DNA of 64,000 bases, taken from the NCBI GenBank assembly GCA_043228905.1, contig JBHGNT010000020.1, positions 14,880,001 to 14,944,000 on the forward strand. Reading direction: 5' to 3'. This document shows, in pieces, positions 39,217 to 52,719 of this stretch. How positions within the stretch are numbered: position 1 is the first letter of the stretch; the number at the start of each line of letters is the position of its first letter. The notes under the pieces were generated by a model, which saw only the letters and a program-made list of their open reading frames with translations, was not told the DNA's origin and did no database searches. The position numbers and the translations under genes were made by a program. This DNA is from Azolla caroliniana (Eukaryota; Plantae; Polypodiophyta).

Positions 39217-39743
39217 GATGTTAATGGTAGGAATGAAATTAAGGTTGCTTATGATGGTAATTTATATGAAAGAATGAGAGGTTGGGGCATTCATGTTAAT
39301 ATTGTGATGCTACCTTGACTTGTGGTTTTTAAATGTATTGAATATACATCATCATATTGGGAACACCAATATGACTCTTTGAAGATATTAATACAAGTTC
39401 TCCTTGACCTTTGGTTCATTCCAAATAAACAATATTAAACCGGAACAATGTATGGATCTTTGAGGTCAACGAACTAAAACCAAGCGCCTCCCCCTTGCGG
39501 ACCATCATATTGTTTGCCATCATTTGAGTACCCCTCGGAATTCTATCGAATTTCAACTCCATACTTCATGTTCCTTCTATTGTTTTTATATAATATATGC
39601 TCTTTGATTGGATTTGTATTTTTATTCAAGGCTAGCCAAAGGTAGCAAGAGAATTAAAGAAGTGTAAAATTGTTCAATTTGTGACTTAAGCATAGAGCTC
39701 TCTTCCTTGACATAAATCAAGCGCTCATCCTTTCACATAGAAC

Positions 39744-39767
39744 TACATACATACACACATACATACA

Positions 39768-39795
<28 letters not shown>
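39744..39795. repeat. (CATA)n microsatellite
   Basis: Direct reading. Confidence 0.9.
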
Positions 39796-39800
<5 letters not shown>

Positions 39801-40427
39801 GCACACAAGCATACATATATATACACATTCAGTCGAGCACTCCAAATGCGATAATTTTGCTTTGATAACATTACTAATGAAAGTTTATGTGTGTTGAGAA
39901 TGTTGGCAGGAGTTGAGGATTGTGCATTTTTATGGAAGCGGGCTATCAGGCTTAGCGCTCGTCTTGATGACAAATCAATCAACGCTCTTGGGATTCTCTA
40001 GTCATATTTGATAGATGCAAAAATGTATAAATCTGATACCATTTAGAATTCGACAACTATACAAATAGTGAATGATTGATAGAGAGAGATCACACATACA
40101 CAAAATTGTTCTATATTGATTGTATTATGTTACATTAGCCAAATGACTTTTTTGTAGAGACGATCGACAAAAAGTCAATCTCTTCAATAAAGAGTTTTCT
40201 CTGAAGTCTAATAATAAATAACTCTTAGTTATTACTTCAAATATTTCTAATTAATAATAATGTAATATTTAGAATAAATATTTCCAGATAACAATCAGAT
40301 AGGTAATTTACGCCATACATGCATATCTACCTATACACGCACACAGAACAAGCTAGAAAAGCCACTGAGTTGTATGTAGCATCTGATCTGATTAATATCG
40401 TATGCTGAAATCATTTGATTTGTGCTA

Positions 40428-40634
40428 GGGTTCTTGAGCATCGATTGTGCATCCTCCGCGGCATCAATTTACGCTAATCCTTCCGAAACGATCGAATGGG
40501 CGCCTGATGCCATGATTTGGCCAAAAATCAGAAGTTGGTCGGCCACAGCCAATGTGATCCGATTAGACACAGTATGGCATTCTGCGTTACTTCCCCTACA
40601 ACAAGGCCTTGATAGAGGAGCAAATTTTCTTTGA
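40428..40634 (+). pseudogene. Relic malectin-like exon of a third receptor-kinase paralogue, opposite strand
   Basis: AG|GGTTCTTG acceptor, then GFLSIDCASS..IEWAPDAMIWP, matching [21 protein letters not shown] of gene A; degenerates afterwards. Confidence 0.75.
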
Positions 40635-41505
40635 ATAATGTTTGTCTCCTATAAAGTTGCATCTCAAAGATAAAACACATATATGTATGTATTGGCTCAC
40701 CCCTTCAGTTCTTTACTAATGATAAATTTAGGTGATATTTTGTAAGATATCTGTCCAGTTAGTATTGTTAAAGTTCTGCATCGTTTGATAGGTTTTTGGA
40801 GCTGCAAAGATGCTCATGAAAACCGAAAAACACACGGGGCAGTTGAAAGATGAGGTTGCATCACCTGCACGTATAGTTATTTACCTTACTGCATTACTCT
40901 AACCTATTGAACTATGTATCTATCACGTTTAAGGAATAACACCAAAATACCCCTAGCATTGTGGATATTTGACCAGAAATTTTAGATCATGCAAATGACG
41001 CGATTGGTATAATTTAAGATGGATTTAGAAGACTTTGGTAGGAAAGTGTTTTATGTTGCGTATAGAACACATATAAAAGGTTATGACAGCTCAATTTGCA
41101 GTATAGGTATGGCCATTGCTAGGATTCATGCTAAGGAGAAGTGTGGATTTTGTGGATCACTTAGCGACGTTATTGTAGGTGCAGCCGATTAAGGTTTTTT
41201 CGTGCATTAGCTAATTGGATTCAATCAACTTTAAAATCAATTGATCTCTTGAGAAATTACAAAATGGTTAACTGTGATCAACATCAGCAAACAAGAAACT
41301 TAGGTAAGAAAAAAGATATATATTGATCTAGTTGTTCCCCTTTATTAACTTAACCAAAATAATTCCATGAATTGAAACGATTGTCTGATGTTCAGATGTT
41401 CTCCTCAACCAAAATAAAAAGTGATGGCAAGTATATGTATATTGTACATATGATAAAATACATTGAAAACTGAAGGGAGACGTTACTTGGTAGTTTTGCA
41501 CAAGC

Positions 41506-44500
41506 TCATCTAGCTTTCACGTTGGAATAACCTTCTGTATTTGTTAGAATTAGATGGGCACCAGTAGTCTCGAACCTCATGGCTTCTTCAAGATCTCTGC
41601 AAACTTCATTCATTGTTGGTTGTTCTTTACCCGCATATTTAACACATGCCATGGCAGTGTCTGCCACTTTCCATACAGATGAGAGATCATTGTAGCTACT
41701 TCCAATTGCCTTTTCTACCATCTCCCTTATTATACCTGTGCGCAAATAAGGTGTTGCCTGTAATGATATAAATTATGCGTGTTTAGGAAACGAATACTGA
41801 CTTCAAAATTTTCACATATCATTTGATAGTATTAATGTCAAAGTTAAAAAATTTATACCCAATCTAGGATGCGAGTTGTTCTATTTGCATCTTCCTGATC
41901 TTTTATTAAAGCAGGTTTGCCGCATAGAGCTTCGAAGAGAACTATCCCAAAGCTATATATATCAGCCTTTTCCGACAATGTTGATGTGAATGGAAGCCTA
42001 GAAACGATATCAATGGGGACATGTAAGAGATAATCTAACCTAATGTCAAATTATTTCTTCAAAAACATTTTCACGTTTTATGTGTATTAAGATTGTAAGA
42101 CATACTCTGGATCCATATATGCCCAAGTACCCGGTATGTCTGTTGGCATTGGAATGCCTCCATCACTCGAATTTGGCTTTGATATTCCGAAATCAGACAT
42201 TTTCCCTTTCCAATTTTCGGTAATTAGAATGTTGCTACTCTTGACATCCATGTGAATGATTGGTGGGTCGCAATTGTCGTGTAAGTATGCAAGACCTACA
42301 ATCATTTGTAGCAACAATTACGAACATAATATATATGTGGGCTAAGTAGCATTAGCGTATAATAACAGCATATCATATATCTCCATGATAACTGAAAGAA
42401 ATCCACTGTCCCTCACCTCGGGCTGCATCCAACAGAATTTGTAATCTTTGAATCCATGTCAACGGAGTAGACGCGGGTGCTAAGGATGTGCCTCCATTTT
42501 GTGTTGTAGAGAATTTTGAAGGAGGAATGAAGGCTAGGTTAGTCTATATCATCTTGAAACTTTGTTTTATCTTGGAATATCTATTGAGCAAAACACAGAA
42601 CATAGGAGAAGATACGAAATCTTACCAAAGAGGCGTTCAAATAATGATCCATTTGGCATAAATTCATAAACTAGAACTAGCCTTTGCTCGGTACAATATC
42701 CCAGCAATCGCACAAGGTTCCGGTGATGCACTCGTGATAGAAGAGCTACCTATATTTAAATTACCAATAAAGAAGCCAAAGGAATTATTAGTGGCAATTA
42801 GAATGAAGAGGAAGTCTAGGCATTCAACTAGTTTGCCAAAGAAATTATGGTTCATCAATATTATTTTTAGGAAAGCAATCTGAAATTATTATAGTACCTC
42901 ATTCAAGAATTGCTCTGAGCCTTGTTGGGATGCATGGGACGATACTTTGACAGCAACGAATTTACCGCCTCCAAGGTGTCCCTTATACACGATTCCGAAA
43001 CCACCTCTGCCGATTATCGTTGAGAAATTATCGGTGGCGGTTTTAATTTCCTCAAAGTTGAAGCGGCGAGCAGCATTTGGATCTTCAATTTCAAGCTCTG
43101 ACGTAGAACACAAAGCAATCAAGTAGCATATTTGTCAATAAAACTACAGAGGGGAGAGATTTCTCCCTTGTGAGTAGTAAGACTGGTTGCAAATGGTTCA
43201 AGCTTCCTACGTATGCTTTTAAGCCTCCCCCCCCCCCCCCCCAAAACAGAAAACAAAAAGAGAAAAGATTTTCTGGATTCTGACCAGGACCATCATCATT
43301 ATTTTCTGGATTTTCTGGATGTGTTTCATCGTTGTGAGGAACTACATGTGTAGACGGAACTACATGTGTTTCATAGTTGTGAGCAACTACATGTGTAGAC
43401 GGCGAATGTGTTATTATTCTCCACACAATGGCGACACAGAGAACCACCACAACAATCCCAACCACCACTCCAATTATCAACGGAAGCTTTGTTTCGTTGC
43501 TCGAAAGGTTGTTTCCTTCATATCTATAAATGTAATAGGAGACCATAATTGCTTCACTTTAGCTTTCTTTCAGGTACTAGGAGCTTTTACAATTAACCTT
43601 ACGGTTTTTATTGCAATAAGTGAGCCGATTAATGAAATGCAGGTAATTTACAGTGTAAGGCAAAAGAGCAACCGGACGCACCTGAATATGAGCTGTCCAC
43701 TCTCTGCCTTCTGTTTCAGTTGCACAGGAATCTCACCGCTCAACTGATTGTATCGTACGTCCCTTCAATCAAGCACATGGCAAACGAAGTTAATAATAAC
43801 GCTGACTTGTAAAAATTCAAGCAATAGAAATAAGAAAAACATTTGGCCCTCACAGATATGTCAGTTTGGGCAATGTCGCAAGTGAATCAGGGATGCCTCC
43901 ACTCAACTGATTATAGCTCAGGTTCCTGCACACAAACACAAAAGGATAAATTTACCTCGGATATTACTGCTTCTTGCATTCACAGTCTAAAGGGTTATTA
44001 GAGATGAGTACATGCTTATTACTCTCGTGATCTTTATTGCTAAAAATCCCCTAATGACATCTATATATTCCTCCTTCATTCCATCTATATGGATATCGAT
44101 GAATCTGAGTAACTATGCATGTCTTAAAGAAATTACACAAACTCTAAGTTCCACATACACAGTGATTTGACACATGCTATCCAGCTAGGCTGTCATCGTT
44201 ACTCTGAACTCATGTTTTACTACTATTTTGCAATGGTAAGGTTTGTTATGTATAAAACTAGGTGTTGCAAGGGAGATGTACCAACAGATAGATGACATGA
44301 GGTTTGAAAGAGCCTATATTTGTGTGCAATTATAGAAAACACAAATAGATCCGATAGAATTTGTTATCCTTGGATGTAATCTGTGATATGGGATCAAAGA
44401 TAAAAATATTCTCAGGCATGGAGTTTATTAGTCAAAAACATATTCAGTAATCAGTATTGGGGATTGAGAGTGCACATTACGACAGAAATGTGTAATTTGA

Positions 44501-47500
44501 AATATGGCATCAGAGACAAAAATATTCTCATGCATGGAGTTTATTAGTGACAAAAATATTCAGTAATCAGTATTTAGGATTGAACAATATGTGCAAAGCA
44601 AACTTTGATTTTTTGGTGAGGATAGAACATCATATCAAAATTTAAAACTTGACTCATGAACTTGTTCAAAGCAAACTATGCATTATCTATAAAATCTCGT
44701 CCTAGGTACGCTAGTTTTTTGTTCTCATATCAAAGAGAATGTAACCTAAATCATTGGGATACAATGTCAAGTAAATCCATGTCTTTGGTCTCAAGTTGTA
44801 GTATATTGGTGCTGCAAAAATGCATCATTCATGTAGAAACTCAAAGGCAAATCATAAAACACTTGCAATGCATTCTATTTTCCAAATTTATGCTTGAGAT
44901 CTTGAATCCATCTGGAACTCAAGAAATATAAATTATCAATGTGTTGTAGTATTATTAGTTCATCTAGGAATGGAGGAAGTCAATGTGACGGGTGATTTTG
45001 TACCTAAAGATGGTATTCTAAAACCCTCTCTATGTTTGTGATAATATAGGAAGCTAGGAAGCATATTCATCACTAGTTGAATTGATATTGGTCCATACTG
45101 ACATTAATCTTGGTGACTGAAAAAGAACAACATGATTTTCAATAGGTTAGATATTTAAAGCAGGAAATTGACTTCTAGATGATTCTATTTCAGCCTGGGG
45201 TCCTGAAAATTTTCATTCACCAGTACGACTTATTGAAGGGTTTGGATGTTTAAGGCACAAAAGCTGGTGGATCACAAGGTAATAGATAAGCTTAGTTACA
45301 GAATCCTTGAAACAATATTATAGATAGGTTAGTCTTCGCAGGAAATGAGTTATCCTTTGTTCTATCAAAACCTTTTGGTATATCATTCCCCATGACATAT
45401 TGAGGCATCAGCAATTTCCATGAATTTGCTAGCTGTGTGCTGTGTTTAATCAACATCAACACCCAATTAAGTTGTTCAAATTGACCCTTCCAATGATGAG
45501 GATGCAATGATGGGGAAGAGGGAGCCATCATGCTTCCCAACATTCATAGAGGTCATAATAATTTCTTGGACAAAGTTATTGAATTACATAGCAACTCTGT
45601 GTTAGACAACTTACAATGTCTGGAGATTTACCAAGTTACTTAAATCTGGCAATGCTCCTGCAAGGGCATTTTGATCCAGGTAGCTGCATTGCATGCAATA
45701 ATTCATCTTCATATATCCAAAGAATATGGAAAAGCCGTTGTAATTCAATTAGCTAGATTTTCTCACATTGCCGAAATTCGCTCGAGGTTGTTAATGCTAC
45801 TTGGAATGGCACCAGTGAGGCCATAGTTGGATAAGAATCTACAAATTCATAATGAATGTAGCTTGGAGTTATGCGTGGAGTAAAGAGGGCGAAGCATGAG
45901 AACGTGAGAAACACTTACAGAGATGTGACTCTAGGGGGTTGTTCGGTAGAAGTGCAGCTGAGCCACGGATATTTATAGGTCAATGGCAGGCATGGATCCC
46001 CAATAAGGCTGCTGAATTTGTAACTGATTTCTCGTATGGCCACAACTATCATTCAAATCAACACCAAGGTAAACCATTAACAATCATTGCCCTGTCATGC
46101 TGTCGTGCGCCACATCCACACATCTATACATAAACACAAACAAAAAATAAAATGCATACCATCGGAGGAGGCAGTCGGGGTTAGCATGGGATTAGAGAGG
46201 AGCTGCAACACCTCTGCCCCGGCAATGGAGGCAGTCAACGGAGAACTTGGAAGCGTTACAATTTGGATGTTGATGTCGCCGGCATAAGGGCCCACTGGGG
46301 CAGCACCTGTGCTGACCTCCAATAAATACTCCGCCCCAATAAGGCTGAAGATGTCAATTGTTCGGTCGATCAATATGGAGTTGCCGATATTGACTGTGAG
46401 ATTGAAGACCCGTTTTCCCGTTTGATTGACGATGGCTTTGTTGATCTCGCAGAAATAAAGCATGACAGAGTAGTTGTGTTGGCCTGTTGTCGTTGTCCTC
46501 GTCAATGGCGATGTGGTGGAGCTTGGTGAGATGGTGTAGTTGATATTTTTCGCCGTCACGATCGATTGCACCACAGTCAGTGGTGGGAGGCCATTAGAAT
46601 TCGTAATCTCTATCAATTTAGCTGTTGCTTGAGAGAGACCGTCAGGTATTGAAGCTGTTGTATACCACATCCTATCATATATGTCATCCGGATACCTGCA
46701 TTCATTAAAGACCCACTTTTGCGTTCAATCTGTTCAATCTACTGTATAATCACTATGATCGACATCTTTATGATTTCTATAATCATGAACCAGAAGTTAA
46801 AGACTTGGGTTGTGACCTTAGGACATTGGTGGAGGTTCGCCCAAAGTCTTGTCGATCCACTAACCGAAGGGCAGTGTTGGTACTCTTGACCATGGACACT
46901 AATCCCAAAGCATTGTTGCTGAGAGGCCGGAGCTCAAGTGAGTTTATGAAGGGTGCATCCCTCGTGTTGGAAGCGGCCGATAGACAAACCATGACACTCG
47001 AACTCTGCGCACGAATGTACATCTCCTCGATCCACACATCGCTCTGTGGCAGGCTGATCACTATCTCCTGCCCTTCGTATGTGTCGACGATCATTTGGAA
47101 GCGCACGGCATCATTCGTCCGCGTAGTGTATGGCAATTGAGTGCCGCCAGACCAGAATGCGGCTCGGACCAAGTAGTAGCTGCCTCCTGTGGCATCTAAG
47201 GAGTAGCAGAACTTGCTCGCATTCATCGCCTTGCCTGGCTGGAAATAGCGCATACTTCCGTACGGTTTCTGGCCCTTGGATAACGGCGTCGTTAACGGAA
47301 TCCCTTGAGTTGTGTTCTAGAACCTATCGATTCCCGGCCTACCAACAGCGTCCGGTGTCCATGTGATCCCTAATGCATCCGGATAGCTCTTCGTCTCAGA
47401 CGACCCGCAGTCAATGCTCACAAACCCTACATCACCACACAATAATTATTAACACAGAGCTCTCTGATGACAATGATCCTAATTCAATATTTGCTACAGA

Positions 47501-47676
47501 CACTGAATTCATGGCATTTTGACAACCAAAACATCGAAAAATTTAGGAATCGGACCATCCGTCGATTGAGCAGACACGTGGGTATTAGGTACCAAGCACA
47601 ATATGGAAGCATGGATCAAGAATAGAACAGTGAGCTGATGGCGCATGGACCTCATATGCAGCAGGGTGTGCATCAT
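41506..47676 (-). pseudogene. Malectin-like LRR receptor kinase gene B; same exon structure as gene A, one premature TAG in exon 2
   Basis: Signal-peptide exon 47556-47676, malectin exons, GDPC exon, 4 LRR exons, TM exon (~43285-43523), kinase exons (GRGGFG, VAVK, HMDVKSSN, DFG). TAG at 47317-47319 where gene A has TCG. Confidence 0.85.
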
Positions 47677-48379
47677 GATGTCAATGGTAGTAATGAAATG
47701 AAGGTTGCATATCATGTTAACTTATATGAAAGAATGGGGTATATAATGTTAATGTTGCGGGTTTCTTAATATATTCAATATACATCTCACTTTTGCTAAC
47801 CAACATCTCACAATGGGAGCTCCACTATGACCCATGACTCTTTAAATATATTAATACAAGTTCTGCTTTGAGGCATCTGACCTTTGGTTCATTCCTTAGA
47901 GGCTTCCAACTATGTACCCAAAACACCTCACTTTTGCTGGCAACCTAAAAAATATTAGTACTCAGAATAATTTGAATATTGTATTGAGCCGTAAGGTCAA
48001 CATAAACCATCTAATGACAATGCCAGCCCCATTTCGAACTATGATATTGTTTTTCTTTTCGTTAGTACTATCAAATGTCAACTCCAAATTTCATATTTCT
48101 TGAACCTTCTATTGGTTTTTTGGTATCTACTTTGATTAGATTTGTATTCTTGTACTATGTAAGCCAAGGATGGCAAGAGAAGTAAAATTTTGGCACTTCT
48201 ACCAAAGAAGTGTAAAAAATGATCAATTTGTGACCTATACATCTAGCTCTCTTCCAACGCATATCAAAAACACTTACATAAATACATACACGCACACAAA
48301 ACATACATATATATGCACATATTCATAATACATACACTCACCAATTCATATGCCCTCAGGTCTCTTGGCTTCACCACTT

Positions 48380-49340
48380 AATCGCCTTAATTTATATACA
48401 AATCTATCACCAAACATAGCCATAAGCCTAAAAATGGCACAAGAGTTGTGTAGAAGTAGCATACCTCATTATGATCATCTTAGAATCTTTGGATGCAATG
48501 CATATATACACGTGATGGCCAAGCTCATGTTATTAACACCAGGTTTGATATCATAAACCATGGTAACCTAGGTATGGATGTTATGCATGAACATAATGCC
48601 CAAAACTTCTCTTTACACGTGGCTTCCAGAAGGAATTGGACTATAATTGTACACAATGTAATTATCTTTCTTATGGAATCAATAGGCAGTTTGGATATGG
48701 CAATGAGGTCCTCACACACAGATTGTGGTCAGAAGTAACACTATGGTTTTTAATGAGAATAAAAGGCATAACCAATTTTTAAATTAGATAGAAGTAAGGA
48801 AGCATGTATTTAAGGATATTGTACCTTTTGAATGTAAAACAAAAAAATTCAATTGATGTAGAAGCATCCACTTGTGGTCAGCGATGTAAAACTATGGCTC
48901 CTAAGAATCATGATGCCCAAAATAATGATCCTCAACACTATGATGTGTAGAATGATGAAGTTCAACAAGATTATTATTTGAATGATGATGCTCATAATGA
49001 TGTTTCCCATGCACAATCTGATAGCATTCGAGTTCAAGAATTATTAAGGAGGCCTATGTGTGTCTTCAAACCACATGGTAAATTTGTTTATTTCTGTAAA
49101 GTGATGATGGGGGCAATGAAGGCTCATGCTTCTATACAAAGAAATGTATAGATTACTCGTATTTTGATACTCTATGTAGATGACTTGCTCATTGCCACCA
49201 AAAACAAGGATGGATTGTCCAAATTTAAAAAAAATTGAGGCAATCTTTTGACATGGAAAATTTGAGAAATGCCAAAAACATACTTTATGCATGTGTATTA
49301 CTTGGGATAGGAGTGTTGCATGTATTTATTTGCCTCAATC
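48380..49340 (+). pseudogene. Highly degenerate copia integrase/RT fragments
   Basis: [15 protein letters not shown]; YVDDLLI near 49175; many stops. Confidence 0.7.
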
Positions 49341-49349
49341 TAAGGATCT

Positions 49350-49972
49350 ATGCAAAATCCGAACGAAACACGGTTGGAAATAAGACATTTGGGACAACAA
49401 GATGATTTATATTATTATAAGAAAGAGAAGAGAGATTCCAACAATCCCAATGTTGGGACAAACCAAAAGGTGTGAGGGTCTAGAGAATGGTCAAGATTAC
49501 AATGATAGAGAGAATAGAATTTAGAGATTAGGAATCCACCCAAATAAGTGGAGGCTCCTCCTTATATAGGCCAAGAAAATGCCATTGGACTAGTTGTTGG
49601 AGGGCTACACGTTGGGATTACCCACTCGGCTAGCAATTGGCTAATCTGTTGAGACCGGTTGTCCCAACCTAGGGTGGCGCCCCTTTTAGGACTTGGTTTG
49701 GTTACTTTCTTGAGTCCCAATTAGATTGAGAATGTGTGTTGATTGACATTTTCCGAGCTGTATTTGTGATTGTGTTAGCTTGTCCCAACTTTGGTTGGGG
49801 TTGTTTGGGATTGTCCCAATTCGTTTTGGGGCTACTCTAGTTTGTTCCAACCCACTTTGGGACAATGTGCTAGTTGGGACTATTTAAGTGCACCACACAT
49901 GCTTGTGGTTTGTGAAGGTAGGTATGGCCCTATAACAACAAACCGTAGAACGTATTCTAGAGTAAACCATCA
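49350..49972. repeat. Second copy of the 36060 solo-LTR-like repeat, inserted in the copia relic
   Basis: Colinear similarity with 36060-36575; ends CCATCA. Confidence 0.62.
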
Positions 49973-50341
49973 TTTCAAACATTCAATTTTGTATATTCCA
50001 CTTCCATTGAGCACGATAATGTACAGCTTCTTGTATTAAAACATTTGAGCTTCTCTCATAAAATATTAAGTTCTATTTTCTCCATTGATTATTACCGAGT
50101 TAAGAATTTACCGTTGCACATTCTTCTGGAAGAATTTACAAGGTACCATGTTTGACATGTATCAACCGGTTTCTCTTGTTGTTGCACTTCGCGAAGACGT
50201 CGGTTCTGAGATGTTCTCAAATTCTACACACATCATTTAATACATGATGTGTGGTGCTACTGACCATCGATCTATGAAGTATGGTTAACTCCTAATGGTG
50301 ATACATGCTTTTGGTAAAGACCTCAACTTTCTCTACTATAT

Positions 50342-51232
50342 TGTGAAACGCACATAAGATATCAAAACCAGTCTACTTCGCTTCTTACTTCTTACTTAAT
50401 TTATAGTTGATACAAAAGTACCCATTTGGGTTGGCTTAGCTAAAACGAGTTTTCTAAAAGGGTGGGTCGGCTTAGGTATAGGCATCCTAAAAAGGGTGTG
50501 CGAAAAGGGTGGCACAAAGGAACACATACACACCACATTTCCCCCCTCGAGAGAAGCAAGAGATTACGGAGTGAGAATAGGACTTGTGGGAGGAGGGGAG
50601 CATTTGTTGGAGTTAGAGCTTCCAAGTGGTACAATGCATGTTGGCAGCTTTGGAATAGACATCAATGGAAGATTCTAGAGGGAGGGGAGGGTTACGCCCA
50701 TAGAGTGTTCGGAAGGGGTTGATCTGTGTTGACACTTGTACGGATATATTGTAGGGCGTGGGTGGCGACAATCAAGATTTGATCCCAAGTTTTGTGGCAT
50801 AAATCGATGTAAGCGACAAAATCCTTCTTGAGGGTCTTGTTGAGGTGTTTGGTGAGGCCATATTTGTTAGGATGGTATGTGGACGTAAACATCTGCTGGA
50901 CACCTAGTTGAGCTGCAACAAGGAACTGCTGACCCTGATCAAATATTATTTGGACTTGAGACTAATGATGGAAAATGATCTAGCAAATGCCAGAGAAAGA
51001 TCGATCGCTCATGTGGACTTAGGGCCACCTGGACTTAGTGGAGGTGGGGGATAGTAAGGCTATCAGAAAACGAGATAGCGATTGGCTTTGAAAGATCAAC
51101 CACTGATGTGGACTGAGGGCCACGTGGACTTGGCTGAGGTGGGGGATAGAAAGGCTATCGGAAATCAAGCTCGCAATTGGTAGAGAAAGATTAATCGCTC
51201 TTGTGGACTAAGGGCCACCTGAACTTGATTGA
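50342..51232 (-). mobile_element. Further copy of the small gypsy family: 3' LTR 50342-50537, PPT, integrase relic, ~85-bp repeats
   Basis: Reverse-complement match to 29800-30738; TSTYHPNKYGLTKHLNKTL integrase motif. Confidence 0.85.
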
Positions 51233-52657
51233 TGTCAGGAATAGTATTAAGACCAACTGTCACAGACACACCAACCCTGGACTACAATAGAGGATGGATG
51301 ATGAGGCTACGATAGAGCGATGAAGCGAGGAACTTAATACGGGGAATAACACAAGAACATAAAGATAGAGATGAAGATTAACGAGAGAAGATGGGCGAAA
51401 TGAGAATACTACATTGAGATGTCCAGGACTAGCATTGAATCCCTTCAATGGGACCATGGAGGTTACAAGTATTTATACTATGAGTCGAAGTACATGCATT
51501 AGAATATTCAGGAGAATATTCTAGATTTCTCTAGAACCTTCTTGTTCTAGAGCTTTCTAAAAACTCCTAGACCTTGAAATAGATAAACTAGTAATAATCC
51601 ACACAAATATTTAACATAAATATGTATGTGGATGTATTGGTTAGAACATAAGACTTGACTATAATATAAGTGGTCAAGAGTTCAAATCTGGACATTACTA
51701 TGTCATGTCGGTGACGTTATCCTCCCCTTTACAGTCGTCTTTTCGGAAGCATGGTGTAGTGGTGAGATGTTCAAAGAGAAAGCTTAAGTAGATTGGGGAG
51801 TGAGTGATGATGAGCAGTCCTTTACGACTGCCTTTTTGGAAGCATGGTGTAGCAGTCAGCTGAAAGAGAAAGCTTAAGTAGGTTGAGGAATGGGTGACGA
51901 TGAGCTGTCCTTTCTGGAGACTGGAACATCATTGGACATGAGCGATCATGTATGATCCTCACCGGAGACTGGAACATCAATGGACGTGAGCGACCATGTG
52001 CGATCCTCATTGAGAAGTAGAACACCAACAGGCATCAGTGACCATGTACCGTCCTCAGCGGAGATTGAGACAGAAACAGGTGTGAGCGACCATGTGCAAT
52101 CGGAACCGGAGACACGAACACCAACGGAGGTGAGAGACCATGTGCGATCCTGACCGGAGATTGAGGCACCAACGGGCAAGAGCGACCATGTGTGGTTGTC
52201 ATCGGGAACACAAACGGGTGTGAACGACCATATGTGGCCCTCACCGAGAACTGGAACACAAATGGGAGTGAGTGGCAATGTGCGGAGCTCATTGGGAACT
52301 AGAACACGAATGGGAGTGGGCAGCCATGTGCGGCCCTCATCGAGAACTGGAGCACCAACGGGCATGTGCGGCCCTCATAGGAGACACGAACACCAACGGG
52401 CATTAGGAACCTTGTGCAACCCTCACCAGAGACAGGAACACTAACAGGGAACTACAACACCATTGGAACTACAAGGAACTACCTTGTGCGATCCTCACAG
52501 GGAACTAAAACACCATTGGATGTGAGCGACCATGTGCGGCCCTCACTGGAGACACGAACTCCAACGTGCGTGAGTGACCATGTGCAGCCTTCACTGGGAA
52601 CTAGAACACTTGACATCAATGAAGGCTAGGCAAAGTAGTGTTGATGCCCGGGGACTT
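51233..52657 (-). mobile_element. 3' end of an LTR element: LTR 51233-51716, PPT, 48-bp tandem array (~51890-52620)
   Basis: Terminus TGTCAGGAATAGTA is shared with the 5941 LTR. Purine tract at 51717-51730 on the minus strand. Unit GAGCGACCATGTGCGATCCTCACCGGAGACTGGAACACCAACGGGTGT. Confidence 0.75.
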
Positions 52658-52700
52658 CACTGTCAAAATTTGTATGATAGCACGTGAGTTCATCAAAAGG
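52658..52700. mobile_element. Possible left terminus of a CACTA/CACTG (EnSpm) transposon
   Basis: CACTGTCAAAA at the abrupt end of the 48-bp array. The partner TIR is not in the window. Confidence 0.35.
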
Positions 52701-52719
52701 GGTTTTAATTAATCAGTGA

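Noticed and set aside
40060-40292. Possible small solo LTR
   Set aside because: LTR-like composition but no partner, PBS/PPT or TSD could be confirmed.
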